Shown here: one piece after another, positions 41,869-51,712 of the stretch
How positions within the stretch are numbered: the stretch's first letter is position 1
Layout of the letters: each line of letters opens with the position of its first letter
From: Nitrospirota bacterium
Lineage (GTDB): Bacteria > JACPQY01
Length of the DNA: 56,015 nt
Direction of reading: 5' to 3'
Assembly (NCBI GenBank): GCA_016180645.1
Contig: JACPAV010000023.1
Coordinates: 1 to 56,015, forward strand
The notes under the pieces: generated by a model
Seen by the model: only the letters and a program-made list of their open reading frames with translations
What the model was told of the DNA's origin: nothing
Databases searched by the model: none
Program-made: the position numbers and the translations under genes

Positions 41869-42150
41869 TTGGCGATCCGATCGTTCAAATGCGCGGAGAC
41901 GCGCGCGCTGTTCAACGGTGAACGGGTGAAACGATTCGCAAACATCGAGAGCGTGGCCATGCGCAAACTGGCCATGTTGAACCGGGCCGCAACCCTCGCC
42001 GATCTGCGGGTGCCACCCGGAAATCGATTGGAGCCGTTGAAGGGCGACCGGGCCGGTCAATACAGCATACGCGTCAATGAACGCTTCCGCGTCTGCTTCG
42101 CCTGGACTTCGGCCGGCCCGAAGGACGTCGAGATCGTGGATTACCATTGA
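41869..42150 (+). CDS. higB: HigB-family (RelE/ParE) toxin
   Basis: IRSFKC, DLRVPPGNRLEPLKGDRAGQYSIRVN and VEIVDYH motifs; toxin-first order. Confidence 0.93.
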   Translation: MAIRSFKCAETRALFNGERVKRFANIESVAMRKLAMLNRAATLADLRVPPGNRLEPLKGDRAGQYSIRVNERFRVCFAWTSAGPKDVEIVDYH

Positions 42151-42161
42151 AGGAGGAGAGC

Positions 42162-42497
42162 ATGCGCAAAATTCCGTACCCACGACCCGGTGAAATCCTG
42201 ATGGAAGAATTCCTCAGGCCGATGGGCATTTCTCAGTACCGTCTCGCCAAGGAAATCGGCGTGCCGCAACGGCGTATCGGCGAGATCGTGGCCGGAACCC
42301 GTTCGGTCAGCGCCGACACCGGTCTCCGTCTCTCACGCTTCTTCGGCATGTCCGACGGCTTTTGGATCGGCTTGCAGGTGGATTACGACGCGGCAAGGGC
42401 CAAGGATTTCCTCGCCAAAACCCTGGCAGGAATCCAACCGTGGAAACGGGGATCAATTCCCTCAGGGCGGCCAGTCCGGAGTCTTGAATCCACCTGA
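42162..42497 (+). CDS. higA: HigA-family antitoxin
   Basis: PGEILMEEFLRPMGISQYRLAK and FWIGLQ motifs; RBS AGGAGG. Confidence 0.93.
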   Translation: MRKIPYPRPGEILMEEFLRPMGISQYRLAKEIGVPQRRIGEIVAGTRSVSADTGLRLSRFFGMSDGFWIGLQVDYDAARAKDFLAKTLAGIQPWKRGSIPSGRPVRSLEST

Positions 42498-42558
42498 TCA
42501 TGACCCAGCAACGCCCAATTCATTGGTGACCTCCCTCCCTTTCCTGTAGAATTCAGTT

Positions 42559-43296
42559 GTGGGACTCAGCCGCATAAGGGGCATGAGGGGGTTTCTGGGG
42601 AGGACTCGGGAAGTCTTCCTTCCGAAGGGCTATCCGTTCTTCCAACGCCTGATGATTCTGCTTCCGCTCCTCGGCCTCTATTTCGGCGGCTACTTCGGCC
42701 TGGGCCAATTCAATCTCCATCGCCGATACTACTATGACGTCTCGCTGCGGATCGACTCGATGATCCCCTTCATCCCTGAACTCATTTATCCCTACCTGCT
42801 CGTCATCGCCCTCGTCGCGATTCTCTATGTCGCCGCACCGGACCTGCCCACGCTGAAAAAAGCGGCCAAGGCCATCCTCGCCCTCGCCCTGATCCACTTC
42901 GTCTTCTTCGCTTTGGTGCCGGTGAAAGCCATGCATCGACCGATGGTCGTTGCCGATGGAACATGGACGAAGGAAATTCTCCTCTTCTTCTACTGGCTGG
43001 ACGCGCCCGTCAATCTCTTTCCCTCAATGCACATCGGGATGTCCTTTCTCGTCGCATGGATCTGCGGCTCCTTCAATCGAACTCTCGGCATCATCTGCCG
43101 CATTCTCGCCTCCGCGGTGCTGGTCAGCGTACTCTGCGTCAAACAGCATTACGTGGCGGACGTGATGGCCGGCCTCGTCGTCGGCTACTTCTCCTACTGG
43201 TTCGCGTTCGTTTACGAGCGCCAGCCGCAACCCGACTGGGTTCCAATCGTTCTCGAAGCCCTCCGCCGCTACTCCCCGCGCTGGCCCAAGCGATAG
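42559..43296 (+). CDS. PAP2 superfamily membrane phosphatase/phosphotransferase
   Basis: IDSMIPF, NLFPSMH and KQHYVADV motifs; multiple TM helices. Confidence 0.88.
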   Translation: MGLSRIRGMRGFLGRTREVFLPKGYPFFQRLMILLPLLGLYFGGYFGLGQFNLHRRYYYDVSLRIDSMIPFIPELIYPYLLVIALVAILYVAAPDLPTLKKAAKAILALALIHFVFFALVPVKAMHRPMVVADGTWTKEILLFFYWLDAPVNLFPSMHIGMSFLVAWICGSFNRTLGIICRILASAVLVSVLCVKQHYVADVMAGLVVGYFSYWFAFVYERQPQPDWVPIVLEALRRYSPRWPKR

Positions 43297-43329
43297 CCCA
43301 TTTGTTCGCGCCTGCCACAGTCGCGGCCG

Positions 43330-43376
43330 TGTGCTGGATTTCCACACCGCGGAGCCGCCTGTCAGAAGAGTCCACA
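43330..43376. promoter_or_regulatory. Tandem upstream activator (enhancer-like) sites, TGT-N11-ACA
   Basis: TGTGCTGGATTTCCACA (43330) and TGTCAGAAGAGTCCACA (43360), 30 bp apart; first is 129 bp from the -24 GG. Confidence 0.7.
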
Positions 43377-43456
43377 GATATCTACTCGCCTGCTCACCCT
43401 TAGCCTGTAACGTCCTGAAAACACGGAGCGCGCCGAAATTGTGGCGTCCCTGCGCC

Positions 43457-43473
43457 TTGGCCCCGACTTTGCG
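43457..43473 (+). promoter_or_regulatory. Sigma-54 -24/-12 promoter
   Basis: TTGGCCCCGACTTTGCG; GG-N10-GC. Confidence 0.75.
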
Positions 43474-43541
43474 AAATACTCAATGTGAATTTCACTAACG
43501 ATTCACCCGCACCGTCCGACGACGCCATTGGAGGCATTGAG

Positions 43542-46500
43542 TTGGGGATAGTGGCACGAGGCAACCCTTCTTGGTCTAGGCTGTCGATCCGCGCTCTGAT
43601 CGGCTCGGCTTTTCTCCTCGCCGTTGCAGGTTGCACGGGGAAGGGCGGCCGCATCGGTTACCGAGACGGACGCCTGCCTTCACAACAGGCTGATGTACGC
43701 ACCGATGAACTCGTTCTCGAAAATCGACCGTTCGACCCAGAAAAAGTTGCCACCGATCCCGCGACCGGATTTCAAATGGTGTCGGACGAGATCCTTGTCA
43801 CGTTCAAGCCGGGCACGACGGCGCAGGACGCCGAGGCCGCCGTGCAGTCCATCGGGGGAAAGCTCGTCGGATTCAACTCGACTCTTGATTTATATGAAGT
43901 CGAATTACCGGCCGCTCTCACGCCGGGGGAGGCTCGCGAAAAACTGAAGGCCAATCCGGCTGTCGATCAGGCCTTTCCCAACGGCATCGCTAAGGGCGAT
44001 CAAACGGACTCTCAGTCCACCTGCGGCTGGCCCGATGGTTTTCCAAACGACCCGGTGTTCAAGGACTGCGACGCCAAGAACGATTGGGGCTATGCGAAGA
44101 TCAGCGCGGGGCCGGCCTGGCAAACCACCGCCACGTTAACGGAGGTGGTGATCGCCATCCTCGATACGGGCGTCGATTCCTCCCACCCCGAATTCGCCGA
44201 CCGCATGCTCCCCGGGCGTGACTTTGTTTATGGAGGGACCGACACAACCGACCGTCACGGGCACGGCACCCACGTGGCCGGCATAGCCGCGGCACGCGGC
44301 AACAACGAAAAAGGTATGGCCGGCGGCTGCTGGGAGTGCAAGATCCTGCCCGTCAAAGTGCTGAGCGATGGCGGTTGGGGCACGTGGATGGGAGTCCTGA
44401 ACGGAATTGCGTGGGCCGCCCAGCAAGGGGCCGATGTGCTGAACATGAGCCTCGGCGGAGGCCGGTCGGAAGATCTCTACAAAATGATGGAAGATGCAAT
44501 CGCTTCAGCCCGGAAGTCAGGAGCCCTCTCCGTGGTGGCGGCGGGAAATTCGAATACCGATGCTTCCTTCATGCTGCCCGCCGCGGCGCCTTCCGCGGTC
44601 ACGGTGGCTGCGACATCTTCAACTGACCAACGCGCGACGTTCTCGAATTTCGGATCGATCGTGGATGTATCGGCGCCCGGCGTCGACATCTGGTCGACCT
44701 ACCCGAACAACGGCTACAAATACATGAGCGGGACGTCCATGGCCGCGACCATGGTGACCGGCGCCGTGGGCTGCATTTTTTCACGGGGGGCCGCCTCCTC
44801 ACCCGATGAAGCGGAAAGTCTCCTGAAAGCGGTGGCGGATTCAATCCAGACGGACAAGCCGCTGGGCGCCGGTCGCCTCAACCTTGGAAAGGCGTGCACA
44901 TCCAACGGCAACAAGCCGCCGATGGTGGCCCTCCAAGCCGATCCTTCGTCTCTGAAGCCCCTGGGCGTCTCCACGATCACGGCGAAGGCCTCCGATTCGG
45001 ACGGCGATCCTCTCTCATACGCGTGGACCTCCACCGGCGGCACGCTCACCGGTACCGGTACCACCGTCACATGGAACGCACCGGACAAAGTCGGGGCCTA
45101 CTCGATCACGGTGAAAGTGAGCGACACCCACTACATGGTCCCCGCCTCCTTGACGATCTCGGTGAAAACCGGCGAGGTCTACAGCCTGGTCATCATGCCC
45201 GGGATCGTGCCCGACATGATCAAAGGGCAGACCCAACAGATGAAATGGCGCATCGAGGACGAGGTCGGCCAGGTTCTGAACGAATCGCCTGCGTGGAACG
45301 TGGCTCAAGGGGTCGGCTCCATCACCGCGGGCGGCCTCTTCACTGCGGAGAACCCCGGCGAAGGGCAGATCGTCGCCGAGTTCAAGGGTGCGGTGACGAA
45401 CGCGAAGGTCAAAGTGGTCAACCGACTTCCCACCTGCTACGCCTCGGCCTTGCCGCTCAAAGGCCACATTCCCTTCGAAGTGGAGTTCGCAGGTTCCGCC
45501 GTCGACCCCGACGGGTCCATCCCGACCGGATCGTGGAGCTTCGGCGACGGAGGAACCGCGACCGGCATGGCCGCGAAGCACACGTACATTTCACCCGGCC
45601 ATCCGGACGCCACATTCACGGCAACGGATGCCCATGGCGGCAGTTGCACAACGATCATCCCCATCCAAGCCGAGCCGCCGAACAAGGCGCCCACGTGCAA
45701 GGCTTCGGCAGGTCCGGCCACCGGCAAAGCACCTCTGCACGTGCAGTTCTCCTCCGGGGCACAAGACGTGGATGGAACCGTTGCTTCAACACTGTGGACC
45801 TTCCACAACGGCAGTACCCAGACGCAATCGCAGGCAAGCTTCCTGTACACAACCGCGGGTACGTACTCCGTCTCCCTCGCCGTGAAGGATGACGACGGGG
45901 CGACATGCGTGGATCAGACGAGCGTTATGGTCCTCCCACCCAACACGCCGCCGACCGTCATCGCGAACGCGAATCCCTCATTCGGAGATGAGCCCCTGCC
46001 CATCGTACTCAGTGCCACCGCGTGGGACTCCGACGGCAAGATCTCCTCGTACGCATGGACTACCGGCGATGGTGGAACCTCGTCACAAGCTTCGTTCGCC
46101 CACACGTACAAGCAGGACGGCGCCTACACGGCCACGGTCACCGTAACCGATGACGACGGTGCGAGGGCAACGGCCAAGGCGTCGGTGCAGGTGAAGCAAG
46201 TCATCCATCCACCCACCTGCACCATCGAGGCCATACCCACCCAGGGAAAAGCGCCGCTGTCGGTGAGCTTCAGCGGCAGCGCCGCCGATGCGGACGGGTC
46301 GATCACCGGCACACTCTGGTCGTTCGGCGACGGAACTTCTTCCAACAGCGCCGCCACCTCCCACGTTTATTCCAGGGCAGGGACGTTTTCCGCCGATTTC
46401 AAGGCCACGGACAACGACGACGCCACCTGTCACGGTTCGGTGCAGCTCAATGTCCGCCCCCCCAACCAGCCGCCTACGCTGGCGCTCCAAGCCACGCCAC

Positions 46501-49500
46501 CCATCGGGAACGAGCCGCTGACGGTGCAGTTCACCTCCAACGCCGGCGATGCCGATGGAACCATCGTCGCCTACCAATGGAACTTCGGCGACGGGCAGTC
46601 GTCATCCGAAGCCAACCCTTCACACGTCTATGTGAACGATGGGAAGTACACCACCGCGGTGACCGTAACGGACGACGACGGCGCAACGGCCACCGCCTCG
46701 ACGGTCATTCGCGTGGACAAGGTTTTCCTCCCCGTGTCCTGCACTGCATCGGCAGTCCCCGAGTGGGGGTCCGCGCCTCTTCCGGTCCAGTTCACGGGTA
46801 CCGTGAGCGATCCGGGAGGAGATGTCGTTTCGTCTACGTGGGACTTCGGCGACGGCGCGTTTTCAACACAGTTGAGCCCCACGCATACCTATGGGATCGA
46901 GGGCGCGCCAACCGCAACCTTGCGCGTCAAGTCCGCCTGCGCCGCGAAGCAGATCGTAAGCGGTGATCGACATACCTGCGCCCTCCTGGCCGATGGGACC
47001 GTGGCCTGTTGGGGATCCAACCGTTCGGGTGAACTCGGGGACGGGAGCACCGTGGACCGGGATGTCCCCGTCGCCGTTTCCAGTCTGAACGGCGTGACCG
47101 AGCTAAGGGCGGGACGAGATCGGACCTGCGCAGTGCTTCAAGATGAGACCGTCCAGTGTTGGGGGAACTTGAGCGGGTTGGCGGGCGGCGACGGGACGTC
47201 GAGCCTTGTGCCGGTCGCTGTCGCGGACAGTTCGGGAGTTGGAGACCCGAGCCCGGCCTACTCCCATTCCTGCTCCATCCCATCCAACGGAACCGTCGCA
47301 TGCTGGGGAAGCAACGCCTCGGGGCAGCTCGGCGACGGCACGACAGTGGACCGGCCCGATCCCGTCGCCGTAATCGATCTTCAAGACGCGAAGGCCGTTG
47401 CCGTCGGCGAGGAACATTCCTGCGCTCTTCTAGCCGGTGGGAGTATCAAGTGCTGGGGGTCCGACCATGAAGGTCAACTCGGAGACGGGGCAAGCGATCC
47501 CACAGTGATCAGGGCCGTCCCTGAGCCGATCGCTTCTTCCCTCTGCTCCGCCTGCACCAAGACTCTACACATAAGCGTGAATCCCAGTCAGCCGCCGGTG
47601 TGTTCGGTTTCCGCCACCCCCGTCGTTGGACCGGTGCCCCTGACCGTATCCTTCTCCGCACAGGGCTCGGACCCCGAGGGCCAGCCGGTATCGTTCGCGT
47701 GGACCTTTGGGGATGGAAACCCGGGCACGGGATCGAACCCCAGCCATTCTTATGTTTCTAGGGGCATTTTCACCACCCGTCTCACGGCGCAAGATCCGCA
47801 GGGCGCACAGTGCATCAAGGAAATCCAAATCCAAGCCAACCCGAACATGCCACCGACCTGCTCCGCCGCCGTGAGCCCGACGCGTGGACCGGCGCCGCTC
47901 CAGACCACGTTCACCGGAAACGCGGCGGACTCGGACGGCTCCATCGTCGGGTCCTCTTGGAACCTCGGAAACGGGTCCACCCTCACCACCACATCGGGAA
48001 GTTACAGCTACGCACAGGCCGGCACCTACTATCCGGTGTTCACCGCCAAGGACAGCAGCGGGGCAACCTGTTCCAAGAATTCCAGCGTGAAAGTGGATGC
48101 GAAGCCCGTTTGCGCGATCTCGGCTACACCCACCCAAGGGCGCGTTCCCCTCACCGTCTCCTTTGGCGGCGCGGCAACCGATTCTGACGGGTTCGTGATG
48201 GCGACCACTTGGAACTACGGCGATGGCTCCTCTCCCGGCGGCGGCTTCTCCACACACACCTTCCAATCCGAGGGCCAATACACGGCCACATTCACCGCCG
48301 CCGACAACGACGGGTACACGTGCACACCATCACTATCCATCAAGGTCCTCCCACCCAACAAACCGCCGACCTGCGCGGCAAGCGCCTCGCCGGCCAAAGC
48401 CCACGTTCCCGGAAACATCCCATTCTACGGCACGGCCTCGGACTCTGATGGCAGCGTAGCCCAATTGTTTTGGGCGTTCGGAGACGGCTCGACATCCAGC
48501 TCGCAAAATCCTTCGCACCTCTACACAACGCCAGGCTCGTTTGAGGCCAAGCTGACGGTCACGGACAACGAGGGAGCCACCTGCGCGAGCACCCAATCGA
48601 TCGTGATCGAACCACCGAACAAACCGCCGACGGTATCCATGGCGGCCACGCCACCGAAAGGCCCCGAACCCCTGAACGTCGGATTCACGGCCACCACCTC
48701 CGATCCCGACGGTCAGGTGGTAACCTATGCCTGGAATTTCGGGGATGGAACTTCATCCGCAGCGGCTTCTCCGCAACACCTCTACTCACAAGACGGAACC
48801 TACACCGCCACACTGGTGGTCACCGACGACGACGGCGCGACCGCTTCGGCCTCGGCGGTGGTCGTCGCCGAAAAGGTCTTGATCGCCCCGAATTGCTCCG
48901 CCTCGGCCACCCCGATCAAAGGCCATCAGCCTCTGCAAGTCACTTTCAGCGGAACGGCTACGGACGCCGACGGCTCGATCCAGAGCACGACCTGGAAGTT
49001 CGGAGACGGCTCGCAAACCGCCGGCGCCGGCGCGACGCACACCTACACAACGCAGGGCTCCTATACAGCCGTCTTCTCCGCCGGCGACAACGACGGCGTT
49101 TCGTGCAGCGCACAAGTCGGCATCGTCGTGGAGCCGCCCAACAAACCGCCGGTCGCCGTCCTCTCGGCCGATCCCAGAGCCGGGTTTGTGCCGCTGGCCG
49201 TTTCTCTCAACGGCGCGGCGAGCTGGGATTCGGATGGATCGGTCGTCACCTTCGAATGGGATTTCGGTGACGGAACGCAGGGCATCGGGTCGACACCGGC
49301 CCATATGTTCAAAGTGTGGGGGGATTTCGAGGTCAAGCTTACCGTCACCGACGACGACGGAGCGAGGGGTACCGCCACCGTGTGGATCGAAGTCTGGGAG
49401 GGCGATACGGGTTCCGCTGATGCGTGGCCGATGTTTGGGGCGAACGCCGCGCACCACAACTTCTCTCCGGCGAGACTGCCCTCGACTCTCGATATTCTGC

Positions 49501-51563
49501 CTTCCATCTGGCCCTCGGGTTCAGGAGGCATCGGCGGACAGGAGCTGAACATTCCCGTCCTCTCGCCGGCCATCAGCGATGGCCTGTTGTATACAACCAC
49601 CTCGGACCGCCTGCACACGTTCGACGCCCTCACGGGCAAAGCACTCTGGTCGCTCCCGGTACCTTACGCCTCGGACGACCCAACTCCGGCCATCGGCGAA
49701 GGCGTTATCGTGTTCACCACGGGCAACGAACTCTACGCCTACGAGGTCGCGACCGGCCGTCTCCTCTGGGGGCCGAAAAGCCTGGACCTTTGCAGCGACT
49801 CCACATCGCCCGCGATCGCCGATGGTCTCGTCGCTGCCATCGACTGCCAGAGCAATCTCCGGGTTTTCAGCCTGCACACCGGAGCGGCCGTGCTGAATGC
49901 GCTCGTGCACGGGGGACAAGTAACCACCCCCTCCGGCAGCCCCACCCTCTACAACGGAAAGATTTGGACGGCTACTCCCATGCCCTCCATCGGAAAAACC
50001 TATCTGGACCGCTGGAACGCTTCTCCTACGGGCTTTGAAACCACCACGGTGGTCGACGGCCTGGTCCAATCCGCGCCCGCCGCCAAATACAACACGCTGT
50101 TCGTGGGGGACCTCTCGGGCAGACTCTCCGCCTATGACGTGGGCACGGCCGTCCGCCGTTGGACCTTCCTGGCCGGTCACAGTGTTTCCACCACGCCCGC
50201 GGTCGTTCGCGGCAAGGTCATCTTCGGCTCGTGGGACCACAAGGTCTACGCCCTCGACGCCTTCACGGGGAAACTTCTTTGGAGCGCCCTCACCGATGGG
50301 GAAATCCGGTCCAACGTGGCAGTCACGCCGGACTACGCCATTGCGGTCAGCCGGCCGGGGACGGTCTACCGCTTCAAACTGACCGATGGATCGTTGGTCG
50401 ATTCGACGGCCCTCGGCGTGGAAACTTGGGCCTCGCCCGCCCTCGCCCACGGCATGATCTATGTCGGCTCATCGGACGGGAAGATTCACGTCCTCGGCGA
50501 CTCGAGCAAACTCCAGTCCCTGACACGCACGTGGACCTCGCTCGGAGCGGACGCCGGACACACCGGCTCCGCGCCCACGCTCGGCCCCACATCCGGAAGC
50601 GAACAATTCGTCTTCACCGCGGGCGGCGGCGTCAACGGCAGCGCGGTGTTGAACGATCAAGGTGAGCTCCATTTTGGCACGGCCTCGGGAACTTTCTACG
50701 CCCTTCAGCGTGACGCGACGGTGAAATGGTCCTATCCAACGGGCCTCTTGCGGGGCTCGGCGGCCATGGACGGTTGGGGCAATGTCATCGCGGCATCACA
50801 GGGAGGCGTGGTCCACAAGATCAGTCCCACCGGCGTGCTTCTTTGGACGTACTGGGTGGCCAATACCATTCAGGCCACGCCGTGCGTCGGCCCGGACGGA
50901 AGCGTGTATGTCGGGGATACCTCGGGAAAATTCTTCGGGATCAGCGCGGACGGCGCGCTCAAGTTCAAAACCTCTCTCGGCGACGCCATGCGGAACGCCT
51001 GCGCAACGGATGCCGCGGGGAACATTTACGTGGGCGGGGGAGACAACAGGCTCCGGAAGTTCAGCGCTTCCGGAGCCCTCCTTTTCGAGCGCGGTTTTAC
51101 CGGGCCCGTGCTGACGACGCCCACGGTGAGCGAGAACGGAACCGTTTTTGTATCCACTCAAAACGGCTACTTCTTCGCCCTGACCTCCGGAGGCGGCCTC
51201 CTCTGGTACGCTTCCGGCGGCGGAACCGCAAGCGTGGACTCGAACAACGTCTACGTTCAGTCCGCAGGTGGACTGGATGTCTACACCCGATCCGGGTCAC
51301 CCGTATGGAGCTTCAGACCCGGCGGCGGCTGCTCGAACCCCGTCACCGAAAGCCCGATCGTTGACGTGGAGGGAAACGTTTTCTTCAAGCACCGCGGCGG
51401 CGGATGCACGGGCGGAGCCGTCATCCATGCGCTCGATCCCACGGGGCAACTTCTCTGGAGCACCCCCGTAGCCGCCGGATCGGACTCCAGCCCCTCCCTC
51501 GGACGCGGCCGCGCGCTCTACCTCGGCTCCGGCCAGGGTCTCCACATTTTCGGCCAGAACTGA
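43542..51563 (+). CDS. Giant surface lipoprotein: S8 subtilase with propeptide, Ig domains, about 13 PKD domains, inserted RCC1 repeats, two PQQ-like beta-propellers
   Basis: Lipobox VAGC; ILDTG, HGHGTH and GTSMA triad; recurring W.FGDG...H.Y...G.Y...L.VTD; GS.DG..YA.D repeats. Start TTG 43542 (GGAGG upstream) or GTG 43551. Confidence 0.9.
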   Translation: MGIVARGNPSWSRLSIRALIGSAFLLAVAGCTGKGGRIGYRDGRLPSQQADVRTDELVLENRPFDPEKVATDPATGFQMVSDEILVTFKPGTTAQDAEAAVQSIGGKLVGFNSTLDLYEVELPAALTPGEAREKLKANPAVDQAFPNGIAKGDQTDSQSTCGWPDGFPNDPVFKDCDAKNDWGYAKISAGPAWQTTATLTEVVIAILDTGVDSSHPEFADRMLPGRDFVYGGTDTTDRHGHGTHVAGIAAARGNNEKGMAGGCWECKILPVKVLSDGGWGTWMGVLNGIAWAAQQGADVLNMSLGGGRSEDLYKMMEDAIASARKSGALSVVAAGNSNTDASFMLPAAAPSAVTVAATSSTDQRATFSNFGSIVDVSAPGVDIWSTYPNNGYKYMSGTSMAATMVTGAVGCIFSRGAASSPDEAESLLKAVADSIQTDKPLGAGRLNLGKACTSNGNKPPMVALQADPSSLKPLGVSTITAKASDSDGDPLSYAWTSTGGTLTGTGTTVTWNAPDKVGAYSITVKVSDTHYMVPASLTISVKTGEVYSLVIMPGIVPDMIKGQTQQMKWRIEDEVGQVLNESPAWNVAQGVGSITAGGLFTAENPGEGQIVAEFKGAVTNAKVKVVNRLPTCYASALPLKGHIPFEVEFAGSAVDPDGSIPTGSWSFGDGGTATGMAAKHTYISPGHPDATFTATDAHGGSCTTIIPIQAEPPNKAPTCKASAGPATGKAPLHVQFSSGAQDVDGTVASTLWTFHNGSTQTQSQASFLYTTAGTYSVSLAVKDDDGATCVDQTSVMVLPPNTPPTVIANANPSFGDEPLPIVLSATAWDSDGKISSYAWTTGDGGTSSQASFAHTYKQDGAYTATVTVTDDDGARATAKASVQVKQVIHPPTCTIEAIPTQGKAPLSVSFSGSAADADGSITGTLWSFGDGTSSNSAATSHVYSRAGTFSADFKATDNDDATCHGSVQLNVRPPNQPPTLALQATPPIGNEPLTVQFTSNAGDADGTIVAYQWNFGDGQSSSEANPSHVYVNDGKYTTAVTVTDDDGATATASTVIRVDKVFLPVSCTASAVPEWGSAPLPVQFTGTVSDPGGDVVSSTWDFGDGAFSTQLSPTHTYGIEGAPTATLRVKSACAAKQIVSGDRHTCALLADGTVACWGSNRSGELGDGSTVDRDVPVAVSSLNGVTELRAGRDRTCAVLQDETVQCWGNLSGLAGGDGTSSLVPVAVADSSGVGDPSPAYSHSCSIPSNGTVACWGSNASGQLGDGTTVDRPDPVAVIDLQDAKAVAVGEEHSCALLAGGSIKCWGSDHEGQLGDGASDPTVIRAVPEPIASSLCSACTKTLHISVNPSQPPVCSVSATPVVGPVPLTVSFSAQGSDPEGQPVSFAWTFGDGNPGTGSNPSHSYVSRGIFTTRLTAQDPQGAQCIKEIQIQANPNMPPTCSAAVSPTRGPAPLQTTFTGNAADSDGSIVGSSWNLGNGSTLTTTSGSYSYAQAGTYYPVFTAKDSSGATCSKNSSVKVDAKPVCAISATPTQGRVPLTVSFGGAATDSDGFVMATTWNYGDGSSPGGGFSTHTFQSEGQYTATFTAADNDGYTCTPSLSIKVLPPNKPPTCAASASPAKAHVPGNIPFYGTASDSDGSVAQLFWAFGDGSTSSSQNPSHLYTTPGSFEAKLTVTDNEGATCASTQSIVIEPPNKPPTVSMAATPPKGPEPLNVGFTATTSDPDGQVVTYAWNFGDGTSSAAASPQHLYSQDGTYTATLVVTDDDGATASASAVVVAEKVLIAPNCSASATPIKGHQPLQVTFSGTATDADGSIQSTTWKFGDGSQTAGAGATHTYTTQGSYTAVFSAGDNDGVSCSAQVGIVVEPPNKPPVAVLSADPRAGFVPLAVSLNGAASWDSDGSVVTFEWDFGDGTQGIGSTPAHMFKVWGDFEVKLTVTDDDGARGTATVWIEVWEGDTGSADAWPMFGANAAHHNFSPARLPSTLDILPSIWPSGSGGIGGQELNIPVLSPAISDGLLYTTTSDRLHTFDALTGKALWSLPVPYASDDPTPAIGEGVIVFTTGNELYAYEVATGRLLWGPKSLDLCSDSTSPAIADGLVAAIDCQSNLRVFSLHTGAAVLNALVHGGQVTTPSGSPTLYNGKIWTATPMPSIGKTYLDRWNASPTGFETTTVVDGLVQSAPAAKYNTLFVGDLSGRLSAYDVGTAVRRWTFLAGHSVSTTPAVVRGKVIFGSWDHKVYALDAFTGKLLWSALTDGEIRSNVAVTPDYAIAVSRPGTVYRFKLTDGSLVDSTALGVETWASPALAHGMIYVGSSDGKIHVLGDSSKLQSLTRTWTSLGADAGHTGSAPTLGPTSGSEQFVFTAGGGVNGSAVLNDQGELHFGTASGTFYALQRDATVKWSYPTGLLRGSAAMDGWGNVIAASQGGVVHKISPTGVLLWTYWVANTIQATPCVGPDGSVYVGDTSGKFFGISADGALKFKTSLGDAMRNACATDAAGNIYVGGGDNRLRKFSASGALLFERGFTGPVLTTPTVSENGTVFVSTQNGYFFALTSGGGLLWYASGGGTASVDSNNVYVQSAGGLDVYTRSGSPVWSFRPGGGCSNPVTESPIVDVEGNVFFKHRGGGCTGGAVIHALDPTGQLLWSTPVAAGSDSSPSLGRGRALYLGSGQGLHIFGQN

Positions 51564-51590
51564 GCGCCAGAATCTTCGAGCTGCGTCTTC

Positions 51591-51612
51591 AATTGTGATG
51601 TAGATCACGGGA
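51591..51612. promoter_or_regulatory. CRP/FNR-family binding site candidate
   Basis: AATTGTGATGTAGATCACGGGA versus CRP consensus TGTGA-N6-TCACA (9/10 core). Confidence 0.55.
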
Positions 51613-51712
51613 AAGTTAGTCCGGCCTTCCGGAACCTATTGCCGGGCGGTTGAGCGTGGAATTCGGGAAACTGCAACCTCTTGTTGCGTCGGTCCTTTCC
51701 ACACGATCGAAG

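Noticed and set aside
51672-51688. Second XRE operator (TGCAACCTCTTGTTGCG, similar to 20878-20894)
   Set aside because: Short match, 30 kb from the XRE gene, and equally explained as an IHF-like site in a sigma-54 promoter.
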